From contig CM097887.1 in assembly GCA_044892525.1 (NCBI GenBank), positions 23,622,001 to 23,686,000 on the forward strand: a stretch of 64,000 nt of DNA. The letters are read 5' to 3'. This stretch comes from Schmidtea polychroa. Its lineage: Eukaryota. Shown here in pieces: positions 1-14,400 of the stretch; the first letter of the stretch is position 1, and each line of letters opens with the position of its first letter. The notes below the pieces were generated by a model. That model did not search any database. It saw only the letters and a program-made list of their open reading frames with translations, and was not told the DNA's origin. A program made the position numbers and the translations under genes.

Positions 1-168
1 GTTTTCCTTAAATATTTCTTTTTGAAACAAAATGGTACTATAGATTAAGAGATGTTGTGTAGATTTATAATTTGGATTTTTGTATTTGTTCTTTCATAAA
101 TGATTTTTTTAATTGGTCGTTTTTTGTATGAAAAAAACAGATTTTAATGTTTTCAGAATGCTGATACT

Positions 169-510
169 ATGGCCCATTATCTGGGACCTGGAAGTCAAGA
201 TAACTTGACCAATCTCATTTCTGACCGCATGCTAGAAGAGATTACAAATCGAGCGAAAGATGTAAAACACTACAGTATTATATTTGATTGTACGCTAGAT
301 ATAAGAGATCAGGAGCAAATGACCATGATCATTCGTTTCATGGAACTTCAAACGGACAATGCCGCAATTAAAGCGTACTTGGTGGGGTTTCTGAAAGTAG
401 CTGACACAAGTGGACCCGGGGATTGACTATAAACCAATATCAACTTTGAATTTAGAGGCCACAATATCGACAAGTGGCAGGGGCCCTCCAAAAGTCACGC
501 GACGGCTATG
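169..510 (+). mobile_element. hAT (ZMYM1-like) transposase fragment with probable right terminus
   Basis: ORF 169-426 has YSIIFDCTLDIRDQEQMTMIIRF...YLVGFLKVADTSG, the first catalytic Asp region of ZMYM1-like hATs. A GC-rich terminus-like GGGCCCTCC...GACGGCTATG ends at 510. Confidence 0.75.
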
Positions 511-2143
511 CAATTAAGCAAATTTTAAAAAACGGTATTACTGATATTACGTCATATTTTATTAAAATTTATACTAACTTATACAATTCGCAAACACAAT
601 TTAGAGCTTCTTAATGGTTAATAATATTAGAGATTAAACTCAACAAATGAACATCCAAAAAATAACATGCAATAATTTATAACTCTGAAAAAGAAAAATT
701 ATACAGATGTTGAACGGTGATCAAGTACTACTGTTTTTTATTATCCAGTGTCTAAGTAAACATATATGGAGCCCTATTCCAACTTTTATTTTTATTAAGG
801 CATTTATGTAAACCTCAGGTAGGAAAGAAAATAGTGTTAGAATTATTATTATTATGTTCCTTTTGATTGTGATTATTATTTATGATATCGGATTTAGTTT
901 TGTAATGAACCATTTTAGCATAAGTCTAAATTAGACGGTCTAATAATTTGTGCACCGTTTATATACATGCCCAAATAAAACAAAAAGGGATACCAGTGAA
1001 GATACAGTGAAAATTATCCATTGATATTAATGGAAAGGCATTTTCAGAATATTTTCAGTGCAATACTTTCAAAATATAATACAAATTTATGCATTTGATC
1101 AACTAGGTATGTCTGAAAGTGTCAATCGTTTATGATTGATATGGTGCCTGCAGAACTTGGTGGTGTCAAATATATATACAACTGACAAGCCGATTAACTT
1201 TTTAAATAACTATCATAATCTAAATTCAATATAATTTGTATTTATTTATCCAGAACCCCATGAAAACATAACTGTTAAACTTTGACTTTAATGAATATGT
1301 TGTAAGCGTCTCTATTTAGAAAATTTTGATGAATTATCCAAGTTTGTTATATAAAAGCGCATATTTAGAGATAAATGTATTTTAAATAATTTTAAAGTGA
1401 AATGAAATAAAAATAATTTATGGCATATAATATAACATGTGTAAAATTCTATGTTCCTGACACTTAATCAAAATGTATTTCTTTTGGAGATTTTGAATCT
1501 ATAGTTGTAATAACCAAGAGCCTTGAGAATCGCAACTCAGATATTCCACAAGTTCAATGCACTTCTTAGAAAATTGGCAGAACTATATTTTAAATCACGA
1601 GATGGTATTTCGTAATCACTTTCGTTTTGGAATTGTTAGACAATGCAACTTGATTGGTAATTAATAAAAATGATGCTTCTTAAATTGGATATACTCATGC
1701 ATATGTGTAATCATCGAAATACTACCAAGATCAATTGTAAACTGTAATTAAAATGTGATAAAATTTTGATATTTTCGTCATAGCCGATGATGGCATAATG
1801 TTATTGAATTTCAATTGAGATAACTTGAAGTACTTTATGAAGTAGCACGAGCTTCAATCTATTAAATCGAAATGATATCTAATAAGCCGACACAAAATCT
1901 TGAAACAAATAATTTGTGAAATATTGTTTGCGTTATATAATTAAATTAAAATACTAAGACGTTAATCGAACTATATAGAAACTATATAGAAAAGAAACGT
2001 TACTTGTAAAACAAATATAAGATCATTTTATTTTCGATGAAAAAATTAATTAATGTTACCTATGATTATTAGCAATGTCCACAAAAAACTTTTAAGTTTT
2101 TCAGTATAATACTCTACCGTAGTATGGATGTAAATTGATAAAC

Positions 2144-2267
2144 TAATATATTGATGAATTAATATAATGATATATTAATATATTGAGTGATTAATATAAT
2201 ATATTAATATATTGATGAATTAATATCATATATTAATATATTGATGAATTATTATATAATGATATAT
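2144..2267. repeat. Minisatellite, ~30 bp unit x4
   Basis: TAATATATTGATGAATTAATAT... repeated four times. Confidence 0.85.
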
Positions 2268-2844
2268 GTTGATAAATTAATATGTTAAATAAATTCATTT
2301 TTGTAAATATTCCTAAAACCCATATTACATTAAAATTGTGTCCTAAAACCGAAGTGTATAACAAAACAATCAGAAATTATAAATACTTCAAAACAAGCCA
2401 AAAATTTCCCAGATTAAGTTTTGTTGACTACATCTCAATCAACAAATGTATTACTCAATCTTTGTATTTAACCTGAATTCCATCAATTCCTAAAATGATA
2501 GGCAAATACAGTTTCATGAACAATCAGCATAAAATTCCTACTTAAGTTTAGCGTTAAACGATTTGATATATGGACAGATCGGGACTTGGGCATTTTGTCC
2601 CAATTAAGCAAATTTCACATTTTTTTAATTCATTGATTTGGTTTTGGCAACTAAGGCCATTAACTAGTAATAAACACATAAAATTAAACAATGCATATTT
2701 TTTCAATAATTTTATTTTAGAAACTCTTGGAAACTGTAAATTACATATAGGTAATATAAATTATCAATTAAATTACAAATAAACTTTTAAGAAAAAAAAA
2801 TTTCCTAATTAAAATAATAAATGGGTAGGTACATACAATTTAAT

Positions 2845-3230
2845 TCAATGCAAAAATGAGTCAAGTGTAGCCGGTCTTTGGTTTTTATAACATTTCACTT
2901 CTACAAAATCAGCATAGATATTCAGTGCGGATGTAGGGCTCCCTTCATTTCCTTCCTGCATAAAATAACGCTGTAACACGGCATCATTTTTTTGCTTCCT
3001 GATTAGTCACAGGCACAGATGACTCATCATCATCATCTTCGTCTAATTTTTCATGTTTTGATTTAATACCTTCTACAATTGAATCCTCACAGTTGTCAGC
3101 CAATCAACTGTGAGACAACGCATCATATCAAATTCTTTATACATATTTTTTCTTGAGAATATGTGTAACATAATATGTGCTGTGATCTTAAATTTACTGT
3201 CCCAATTAAGCGGAATGTTGTCCCAATTAA
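2845..3230 (-). mobile_element. pogo/Tigger-like transposase C-terminal remnant
   Basis: Minus strand gives an acidic tract then ...AVLQRYFMQ...FVEVKCYKNQRPATLDSFL*, a typical pogo/CENP-B tail. TGTCCCAATTAA subterminal-type motifs occur near 2596, 3197 and 3217. Confidence 0.55.
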
Positions 3231-3904
3231 ACATATAAATTTACTATTTTTGTTATATTTCTCAATTTTCAAATTATTTTTATATTTTATTTGGCAAGAA
3301 AAGGGCATTGATCGAAATATTTTGTGGATTCTAAAATACAAATAAAATAAATAATAAATATTATTAGAAAGCACCACTCAAACATGCGTTTCATCATATA
3401 TTTCGACAACTTCCTTGTCTTTCGTCAGGTAGGATAGATATTATAGATTTAATATACAAATTACACAATTTTTATTTACTATTTAAATTAAATAAAAATT
3501 GTGTAATTTGGGTATTTACACCAGCTATCTTACTCACAAAACAATATTTATGACAGACAGAGTCATATATAAACTCAAAACTAAATAATTTGTTTTAGCT
3601 TTTAGCTTCATCAGTCCCGATAACTGATACAGAAACAACACTTTCACAAATAATCGAAATGATCGCTTGAATTATCACTTTCTTATCCTTGAATATTTTA
3701 TTAAATTTTTATTATTTTATATACAATGCCTTTTTCTAGCCATTTTGCGATAAAATATGTTTACAATAAAACTGTTAAAAATGGAATAATATTTAATCTT
3801 AAATGTGTCAATATCGGTCGTTTGAGGAATGAATTAAAAAATTAAGCTTAATTATCATTTTTGAACTTTATACAAAAATTCAAGGGAATAAGATGTCATT
3901 TTAC

Positions 3905-6900
3905 TTGATAAATAGCTTCAACAGTTAGAGTTCCGAGAATTGCTCGCAAATGACCGTCAAGTGTTTGTAAAATGGTCTCTTCAATTTCCGCTCGTCTTCT
4001 ACCGAGAAATTGTTCACAGGCTGTGGCCAATAAACTGGGTTCTGTCATTACTTTAACTTGTGCGACACCTAAATAGCGATTTGCCTTTAAATAATCCTTG
4101 GTAGTGATTCACAAATAAGACGTAAAGCAAGCTTATAAATAATCTTTATTCTTTAAATAAAATCGTCAATTATTACAAAAATAATGTTTAATAAAACAAA
4201 ATTTCAACGACTACTAACGTGGATTTTCCCGGATTCATTTACTTAATCGATGCTTATATATTAAGTCTACAATCATTGAAATGGCCATTATGATGTTATA
4301 ATTGTATATAATACGAGGGCATGAAATTAAAGATTAATATTAGGTAATGAATTATTTAATTGAAACTCGGATAGACGAACTTTCCTATCCTGTCCAATGA
4401 GGACCTTTCGGTCGGACAATTTATCCATCCGGCTAGTACTAATCAAAATCAATAAAGGTTTTTGTAAAAAAATTTATATTGAAGTAAAGTTATAAGCTTT
4501 TAACACTTCATCTTTATAGAAATAAATTATAATTGCATTAAAGTGCCATCAGTAACTTTATATTAACAAATAATATATATTTAAAAATCGTTTTTTAATC
4601 CTATATTTTTTCGTTCACCTTCCATCTGCTCTTGTTTTCTTTTAACATTTAATTTATTTTCATTACGTCTAGATCAGTTTTTTCTTCATGAAACACAAAT
4701 TTTTCACAGTGCCTTTTTCAGGTGTTACTGGCAATTGTAGTGTTTAACATTTGTGTTACATAGAAAGAATTAAATTTGATCTATAGTCGTAATGAAAATA
4801 AAATAATTGTTAAAATAAAACCTATTTTTAATTCAATAAAAGTAAAATAGTTTTTACTGTTGTAAATCGCCTTTTCAAATAGCTTTCTATAGCTCTATTT
4901 CCGAGCTTTTTTGTTAAACAAATGAATCTCATAAATGGAGGGATTAACGTATATTTATTTCTTAAAGTTTATCATTTTTTATAAATCCGATGAACTTAGA
5001 AAACTAATTCGTTTTAAAACCGTTTTTAAATTAAACCATATTTAACTACCCTGGTAAACATATTTGATTATGCGTTTAGATGTCCTATATCCCTGATTTG
5101 ACTGAAAGAAATATATAAGTAATAAAGCATCGAAATTACGCATGTTATATTAAATTCATATAATATTCATATAATTCAATATTGTATAACCGGGATGGCC
5201 AGACTTTATCCGAACGAGAGCCAAAAATCATAGTCAGAATTTTCAGAGCCGCAATTTTAATTATATTTTAATATTTTAATTATGTGATATCTACAAATCT
5301 TTATTTTCACCTATAATTTATTTTAATAATTTAAATTTTTAATACATTACAAATACTTATCAAATTTTTTTATTCTTTATTGGTATATGCGGTTGTTGTT
5401 TGTGTTTGTATATTTTCCTTATATCGTTAAAAATCTTGCTCATAAGTTGTTAGTGCTTTATGAATAAGTTCAGTTAAATGATATTAAATCTATAATAATA
5501 ATAACTGGGAACGGTACTTCAATTTAATAAATTTCATTATTGAATACAAAGATTCTCAGCAGTATGTTGCACCAAATATCGAAATTAATTTACATGTTGC
5601 ATTCTTTAAAAAATATTTGAATTCAGCGACAAATTTCCAAAATTTCTATTGGATATTGTGATGATTTATGGTTCAACTTTAATCCCAAGTCTTGCTGAAT
5701 TTCTATCAATTCAATCTCTCCAGCCGCTTTATAAAATAACAAATACTTTGGAAATGTGAAGTTGTTCTTAATTAGTTCATTTTCAAATGGATTCATAAGA
5801 AAATTGATACAAGATTTAAATTTTTTTTAAATCTTGAAACCTTTATTTAAGTCATCCATCAATCTCTGTAGCTTGTCCCAATATTCCTGAACTTTTGTAT
5901 CTTAGATTTTTTTTACTTTTCAGTCGTAAAAGTTTTTTGACAGCAAATCATGTTTATTTTTTGTTTATTTTTTTCAGCAATAGTTTTCTCCTTACCCTGT
6001 AATTCTAAGTTTAGTAACTGCTGATGTTCCATTATGTCAGTCAAAAATATTAAATATTGTATCCAATAGTCATCTTCCAATTGTGGCTAATGCCTTTCCT
6101 TCTCTTTAAGAAAATTGGTGATAGAGTCGATTAAGTTAACGAATCGGCTTAAGACATTTTAAGTGGATAACCATCTCACGAAGGAATATAAAGGTCATAA
6201 GAATGATCTTCAAAATTCAGCTCTTCAAGAAAATATCTAAATTAGCGATGGATTTTTGAAGTTGTCCGAATATAATTGAATATTTGAAAGACAATTTTCA
6301 TCACATATTCATAATTAAAGATTTTAACGATGGATAATGCTATGAAATGGTAGAAAATTTGGAAATTTGGGATCACTTTTTAATAGAAGTAGTTTTTATT
6401 TATAAACGAAAATTATATAAAAACAAATAATATTAATTTATTGTAGAGGTTTATTTTTTATTAGTGTTTTTTTAAACTAAATTTTAATGATATTTTTTCG
6501 ATATTGGTTAGAGTCGCAGTTTGCTATATAAAAATAAAGCTAATATTTAAATATTTGGGATCGAAATGAAGCATTCCAATATATATAAATGCATATATAA
6601 ACACCTGATCGTTCGAGTAATAATTGTCATTGTGATTGCTTCATGGATCTTCAAATTAAATGGTAAATAATAAATATCAACAATATCAACAAAAATCATA
6701 AGCGTATGAAAAACAAATGGTTTGCATTATATTTTATACAACGTCATAATGAGAAGAAATTTGTTAGAAAAAGAATTCTATATATAAACATTATTTCATG
6801 AAAAGTACATTTGCACGAGATCAGTATCAAATTTCAAACGTAATTGATCCGTTCGAAATATTAGTAAAATATAAATCAAGGTAGTGTTAAATAAAATTTC

Positions 6901-9343
6901 CAACATTTACACGAAACAGCATAATATTAATAATAATTTATTTATCTGTGAATGGACTCATTGAAAGAAATTGGAAATCTTCAAACGGAAATTAATAAAT
7001 AATGAATGGCGAATATTAGATTATAGCTAACTTATTATCGACATCTATTGTTGACATTGTAGGAACAATAATTATTATTTCCTAGTTGAAATAAAATTGG
7101 AAAGAATTATTGATTTTTTACAATAAAATTCGATTTTGTTCTTTTTTGAATTTAATTTCATCTAGCATAATTGAAATTTTAACTGCAAATAAATTTATTG
7201 AATTATCCTGCGGAATTGAATTATCACAATACAAGTGATCTATGAAACAGGGAGTCTTGTATTTCTTTTTATTTAGATAAATGGTTATGGAGAAATATAC
7301 AGATAAAATCTAATACTAGTATAGTGTAACCTTTTAAAAACCTTTTAAAATGATTTCTGTAGTTTGAACTTTTATTGACTGTTATTAATTATTTTATAGT
7401 AAATGTTAAAGCTATTTTCACAAAATTTTATAAACTTCATTCATTAGCTAATTATGGTAACATTTTCTAATACGAATAAAACTTGGCATATCAGTAGCCA
7501 TTACTCGTGATGATTTATTAAATGTATTTTGTCAATGACGGTAAAAATATTGTTGATAGTAACAATTGGACATATAGCAAATATCCTTGTAGGAACATAA
7601 GACTAATTGGTAATATATATTTATTGGATTACACGATGGAATTCGTTTTCAAGGTATTCAGTAATCTCTTTCAAATTTCAATTTTTATTTCACTTACATA
7701 TTAGTCTTCTACACTAGAGAGTTCCTCAAAATTGGCAATTTTTCTAGATTTATTTTGTTAAAAATCAAATCTACGTTCGGTTATTTTTATTTTGAATAAG
7801 AAAATTCACTTTGAATTCCCATGGAAACAATTATTATTGGATACTTTGAACGTTTTTTAGTTTTATGGAAAAAATGTATATATCAAGTCTAGCGCTTACA
7901 TCATGTTATGGCGAATTATGCAAAACATACTGAATATTTTTTTTCGTTAGATATCTTAGAATTTTATCGATGTACAACAACTGCCAAAAGCTGCGACAAT
8001 ATTCAAACATTTATCAAAATTGAATAAATTTTGATAAGTAGCTGGTAGATAGATGTCAGTCTCCGGTGTCACCATTAGTTATCGCGCACTGGTTAGCAAC
8101 ATAGGACCCCTCGTCATCACGGTTATTGATTTTCATTTTTAATTTTATTGATTTAAAAATGCAATTATTGATTTTAAAATACGATTATTTATTTTTAAGT
8201 GCAATTATTGATTTTTAGTGCAATTATTGATTTTTAAGTGCAATTTTTGAAAAGAAGACCCTTTGTTGAATGCAAAATAGCAGATATTAATTAAGAAATA
8301 GATTTTAAAGCATTTATTGAAAATCACTAAAAATGTGGATTCGAAAGAGTCTGACGAATCATTGTGATATCATCTTGTTCCAATTTGAAAACCAAGAGTT
8401 CCTTTTACGATGTGCGGTTCAGACATTCGGATAATCGATGTATTGTAAAAGTGAATTAAACAAAGCCATTTCCTTATTAAAATGTGATTATTGATTTCTT
8501 CACATTTTCATCGATATTATGAGCAAGGAATATGAAATATTGACAAACTATGTTTACAGTTGATTCAATGCACTTTATAAAACTATTTATACAATGGCAC
8601 AAATATTAATATAAATTCCAATAAATAAAAATAACTGCTTTTAAATCACTATAGAATCTTTAGTGTAAAATGTGAATGTAATCAACAGCCAGGATAAAAA
8701 GCTGTAAATAATCGCAGTCAAAGTTTCATTAGAATAGTTTATGCAGGTTAATAAAGCAATGTAATTCAAACAGAAATTTAGAAATAATAATTACAATTTT
8801 CAATAAATTATAAAATCATAAAAATAAACTCTAGATAAATTATATCAAAATTCCCACCTGTTACAGTTAAAGGTACACCTTCTTTGGTTTCAACATGCTC
8901 ACAAGTTGGATTTAATGTCATGACTTCTAGAGAAATTCTTAAGAAAAATTCAAGCTAATTGGTGTTTAACAAAATCTTTAAAATAATACTTTTGGACTTG
9001 GCTAACTAGCCACCAAGCCCATCCCCAACCGCCAATAATTGTTCTCATTGAACCAGTTCCACAACATCCTCCTGAATAAGTCATTTTTAGAAATAAAATA
9101 TCAATTGTTTATATGTCAACATTCAAAAGATAAGTAATTAAATATAAATTCAAGTTATAACTAGTTTTTTTTGAAAATTGTTAAATAATAAATTGATGTA
9201 ATACAAATATGAATTTGACATTTATGAACAGTATAATAAGAAATAATTTTACAGGAACTACAATTAAAATATAATTATTAAGTTATAATCTTACCAGATA
9301 TTGCCAACGCTTCGTTAGGCCCAACTGTGTAGATATTGCCCAT
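3905..9343 (-). CDS. FLOT2: Flotillin-2 (reggie-1), first four coding exons; the rest presumably lies left of the window
   Basis: Exons 9343-9295, 9071-8990, 8937-8858 and 4068-3905 have GT-AG sites and consistent phases. They translate to MGNIYTVGPNEALAISGGCCGTGSMRTIIGGWGWAWWLVSQVQKISLEVMTLNPTCEHVETKEGVPLTVTGVAQVKVMTEPSLLATACEQFLG...LDGHLRAILGTLTVEAIYQ, the FLOT2 N-terminus/SPFH domain. The gene is absent from the ORF track because the exons are short. Confidence 0.95.
5190..6240 (-). mobile_element. hAT (GTF2IRD2/SPIN-like) 3' remnant in FLOT2 intron 3
   Basis: Minus-strand remnants LELQGKEKTIAE and FLMNPF, plus a degenerate hATC region. A terminus-like CCGGGATGGCCAGAC...GAGCCGC begins at 5190. 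Confidence 0.6.
8144..8250. repeat. Tandem ~20 bp repeat GCAATTATTGATTTTTAAGT x5
   Basis: Direct inspection. Confidence 0.8.
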
Positions 9344-9423
9344 CTTAAACTTTTAAAATATTATTTAATAAATAGTTCAAATTTTAAAACAAATAAAATA
9401 AAGTTTATTAATTATTCAAAGTT

Positions 9424-9840
9424 TTTGTTGAATGCCAAATAGCAAATATTAATTAAGAAATAGATTTTTAAGTATTTATTTAAAATTAATTTAATGACTG
9501 CTAAAGGATTTTATGATCAAATCATTCAAATAGTTCATCAAGGACATTTATTATAGCTCAATGCAGAAGAGATAGATCTGGAAACAACCAAAGACTGGTC
9601 AATATTTGACGTTTTGAAATTCATAGCTGAATGTGACTTCCTAGACTCTCATATATCTCTCAGTGAGCCTACAGTTATTTCTCACTATCTGTGAATCAGT
9701 TGTTTCACGTGACAGTAGGTTTTCAAAGCTGAAGTTTAGAATGAACTATTTGCAATCTACCATGGAACAGTCGAGGGATTTGATTTCGATAGAGTAATTA
9801 ACAAGATTACACCTTTAAAGGCCAGAAAAGAAAAATTCTG
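9424..9840 (+). mobile_element. hAT (ZMYM1-like) hATC dimerisation-domain remnant
   Basis: LDVLKFIAECDF...RFSKLKFRMNYLQSTMEQSR...DFDRVINKITPLKARKEKF*, degenerate. Confidence 0.7.
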
Positions 9841-11484
9841 ATTTAGTCGAGACTTAATGACATTGTAATGAATACTATTGTATAATATTTTTAATTTCTT
9901 ACAAGTTTTTACCTCCAATCTTGAATTCAATTTTTCTTCTATGGCCTTTGAAAAGATAAGATTCATATTTACAAAGATTACTAAGAATTCCGAATGGTCT
10001 CATTATTTGGCACTTGCAGACTCGAAGGAAGTACATGAGTTACTGCACTGGATGGCACCAACCCTAGAGATAAACATAAGGCTCGTAATGAAGCAAAATC
10101 AAGTTACTCGAAATAACAAATTTGGTATATATTTAGTTATATAGCATCAAAATTGCTTCATTATATAACCATGTAGTGATAAAAATATGATAACTAGACG
10201 ATCTTTGTAAATTATGTTATTTAGCAATTTTAATCAGACAATAACCACTCCTTGAATTTTGGTAGTGTTTTATCTTTACCTCTCACGATATATCAGGTGT
10301 TTAAGTTCAAATTATTTAGTCTTCACGTCATTAAGTGACGTCCCGAAAATAGGTTTCAAGACAATTAAAAGTTACAGTTTACATTTTGAAAAAAATTAAT
10401 ATGAAAAATGTTGCGACACTATTCATATTATGCTTCATTTTTTCCAATTCTCTATCGAGAGTATGTATTGTAGTTATGACAGTAAGTTTACAATTTTTGC
10501 TTGCTAATTCTTTTAGTTCAATGATTCCCAAACTGTGCGTCGCGATTGTGCTACAGAGCATCTACCTGAGAATATTTCCATTATTATACATTTTAAAATT
10601 TCTCTTATTCGAAACAAAGCTCAGGATTCAGTGTAGAACAATTGATCATTCACATGGAAGCACTCGCGTCAAAGTATTTGAGTTTTCCACTGATTCTAAT
10701 AGTGGAACGCGTGATGAATATAATAAACTATTAAATAAATTAAGCAAGGTTTTTAAAAGTATTTTGTGAGGGTATAAGAGCCGAATACATTTCTTTACTG
10801 TGCTACTTCCTATTAAAACGGTTCTTTTGTGTCAATGAATTGTCTAGTAAGTTCTAATTATGGCAAGAAGTGCACACTTTTCTTGAAGAAAAAATACGAG
10901 GTTTGTCAATGACCTATTGTCAATGACCTTAACTCTTAATTTTGTAGAAATTCTAAAATTTCTCTTAGAAACACTAAGAAAACTTAGAACGTGAACAAAC
11001 AAAAATCTGAAATGAAAATTAGTGCTCACAAAAAGGTTTTCAATACCTTTTTGCTTTTGTATGACTCGTTGGTTCATGCAAAGTTTCCACCGACTCAAGA
11101 TGCATGATTCATGCTTTTATTCACTGAGTCAGAACGCGATGTGCTAGATAGCTCATCTATCCCTACAAATGTAACAGAAATACTTGCCATCGCCTTTATC
11201 AATGTCATGGACGAAAAAAATTTCTGAAAATCACTCCTAACATCACTTTTACCTACATTCATACCATTGATCAATATTTTGTTTAATATTTAATAACAAA
11301 TTTTCTGCACAGCCTTTTTCAAAATAACAGTTTTTTTAGACATTTTATTAGAAATTATTTTCGATTTTTTTTCAAATATTCTTTTCAAATATTCATTAAA
11401 TTTTAAAGTTTACTATAAAAATGAATTACACTAAAATTTATTAAATATTAAAATAAAAGTTTTTTACGACTAGAAGATGCGTTT

Positions 11485-14400
11485 TCAATAAATCATTCCT
11501 GATATTTTCAGTGTCCAGGCCCATTTTAACTGTAACAAAGCATTAACAGGCAAAGTGATCAAAGTACAGTTTCCTTGTTTCTGATAGGAAACTTTACCAA
11601 ACCCTAATAATTCGATTTGTTCCATTTGTAAAGATTTTATCGGAAATACAATGCTTCCCAATTTAAGCTTTCCATCAACGGGAAACTTTAAAATTATGGC
11701 ATAAACGTATTTGGTGTTGACAATTGTCTTAGAAGTGTACCAAACATTTTGAGAGAGGCTGTCATTTTGATGAGACCAAGGCTTCGTTTTATAAATAGAT
11801 TCCCCATTTACCACAAGCCATTGTCCCAATTGTAGAAGCCTTTCTTGGAATATTGATGGAATAGTGCCGTAACCAGTTGGACCAATATTTATGAGAACAT
11901 TTCCACCACAACTCACAGTTGATGCTATTTGACTAACCAATTCCTGTAAGATATTGAATTATATGTTGATGAAATTTCAATTATTTAATTCTGTTGAGGA
12001 TACCTAATTAATGAATACTATTATAAATAATTAGAATAAATTGGGGGGAAACCGATAGGGGGATTGAGATAGCACTCTGGAACCTGGAAAAGAGAACGGA
12101 GGAGAAAAGAATTGAGAAATGAGAAAAGAGGAGCAAATAAAAGAAACCCGACAACAAAGCAGGGGAAAGGTCATTGTTAATTAATAAGTTCAAGAAACCT
12201 AAAAGAAATTCCAAAATTGAAAAACAAAAACAAATTCGGCATCTGAGAACTTTCACAGATGTGGAAAATAAAAAAAAGTATGGAAAATGTCATATATAGA
12301 ATGTATATGCAAATGTTTTCTTAATGGAATCAGAACATTTAGTAGTGGAGGAAAATTAGTGATCGAGAAAATAATACAGAATCAAACAGTAGAGAAAATT
12401 TGAGAAATTGGGAATTAGAGAAATTAGAGTGACAAAATAGAAATTAAAAAGAAGAGAAAGTATCGGAACCAAACGGTGTGGCAAAATTGAGTTTAATAAG
12501 AAAGGTTTAAAGTATATTGAATAAATTCAAGTCAAAGCAAAGGAGAATTCAATTCAAGTTACCAAATTATTGAGTCAGATCAGCGCCCGGTGATTGTTAA
12601 GTGTTTGAGAATTATACAATTAGATCTATTCCTCACGTAGTGTTGCAATAAGCTCTGTGTAATTACCCATTTGAGTGTTGATAAAAGACAAAGCCGAAAA
12701 TTTAGAATGTCTAGAATTAAATTTTTGATGACTTGTGAGAATGAAAATAAAAATATAAAAAAAAGAAAACATCTCAAAAGTGAGCCACAAAAAAGTTAGC
12801 ATTTTTAAATAATTTTAAAACTCGTTGCATATATTTTTTGTCGCTCATGCAATAAACAATATAAACAGTAATAGTTTAAAATATTTGTGTTAAATAATGA
12901 AATATATTGCAAATGATTTAGAAGGTGAAATGATAAACGTGGTATTTTTCATATTGGTGGGAATTTGGACAGATATCATTTTATGAGCATATATTGCCAA
13001 TGAAAAGATTTATCTATATATTTGACAATTGCTTTTGAAGTCATTACTTGATTTTTACAGTAGTATTTCATTTAATTGATGGATTAATTTGACAATTTAC
13101 CTTTATTTGTGATTTTATCATTTATAATTATTTATTAATATTTTCATTGTGATTTTATGTGTATGGCGATGAAAATTTTATTCGATTTGATGTTAAAACT
13201 CAAAGAAAATTGAATCCTATTAATTGATTGAGATTGTTTAATTTATTAAATTATTAATAATAATTTTTTTTAATGGTTGATTTTTTAATAATTAAAAGTG
13301 GTTTCAAAGAGGCTCCAAGCCAGTAAAATTTATTTTAAAAGACATTAATGAATGTGTGATATTTACAGTCTCTATTAATGTCGAAAAACAAAATGACACT
13401 TTTAAGTGTACTAATATGATAATAACAATAGTGTTGGGGTTATATAAAATTAAAGTGGAAACACAGAGTTGGGTGCAGCATAAGAAAAATGTGGATATTA
13501 AACACAACTCAAAAATAAAAAAATTAAATTAAAAATTAATATTTTTCGGGAGAAATGGATATTAGTGTATGGCAAATGATGAAACGAACACAAATATAAT
13601 AATAAAAAATTGATTAAAGATCCCCAGACAAAGTTATTAAAGGAATACAAACTAATTAATTAATTAAGTGTAGAAAAAATTAAAATGATTAAAAAAATAA
13701 AAATATAAATTTTTCTTGAAGCAGTGTTTGTTTATATAGGACATCAAGTCTAAGAAACCATCAAACTCAAAACCATCAAACCAAACCATGTTACACACAA
13801 TTAATTAAACTTCTAATGGAAAATTTATTATTTTTGGGAGGGAAAAAATGAAAACATGTGGTCAATGTTAAAATAAATGTGTATTGAACAATATTTAGAT
13901 AATGAGAAATCACTGAAAAGTTACACAAAAAATTTAATTAATTAATAAAAATTGTTTAAATTAATATTTATTGGGATTTGAAAACAAAATTTATTGTTTG
14001 AAAAAGAGGGATAAGTCGGTATTGCATTGTGAAATTTCATTTAATTTATCTAAAACTAATCGTGGGAACTGACAAAATTGTGGTTCTAATTGTGGAAGAC
14101 AGAAGAAAGGTTATAAAAGGATACCAATAAATCTTACTGATGTTTTTTTTCTTAATTTTCTTAATTTTTCTTAAAAATCTTTGTTCTTATTTTCTTGTCC
14201 AGTATCTTTTAAATTTTGAATGGCCTCGAAACTATTATTTGCCCTGAGACTCACATTTTTGTAATGGATTACAAACTTTTGTTAAAAAATAGAAATTTGA
14301 CAATATTGGTAATTTGTCTAAACTTTTTGCTCCTTGTTTCCTCTCATCACTCATCCTCTCAAATTAAATTACCGAGTCTCAGGAAGCCACTAAATATACA

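Noticed and set aside
11992-12789. Small solo LTR in FUCA intron 2 (TGTTG...CCACA, purine-rich)
   Set aside because: No matching TSD and no second copy in the window; left uncalled.
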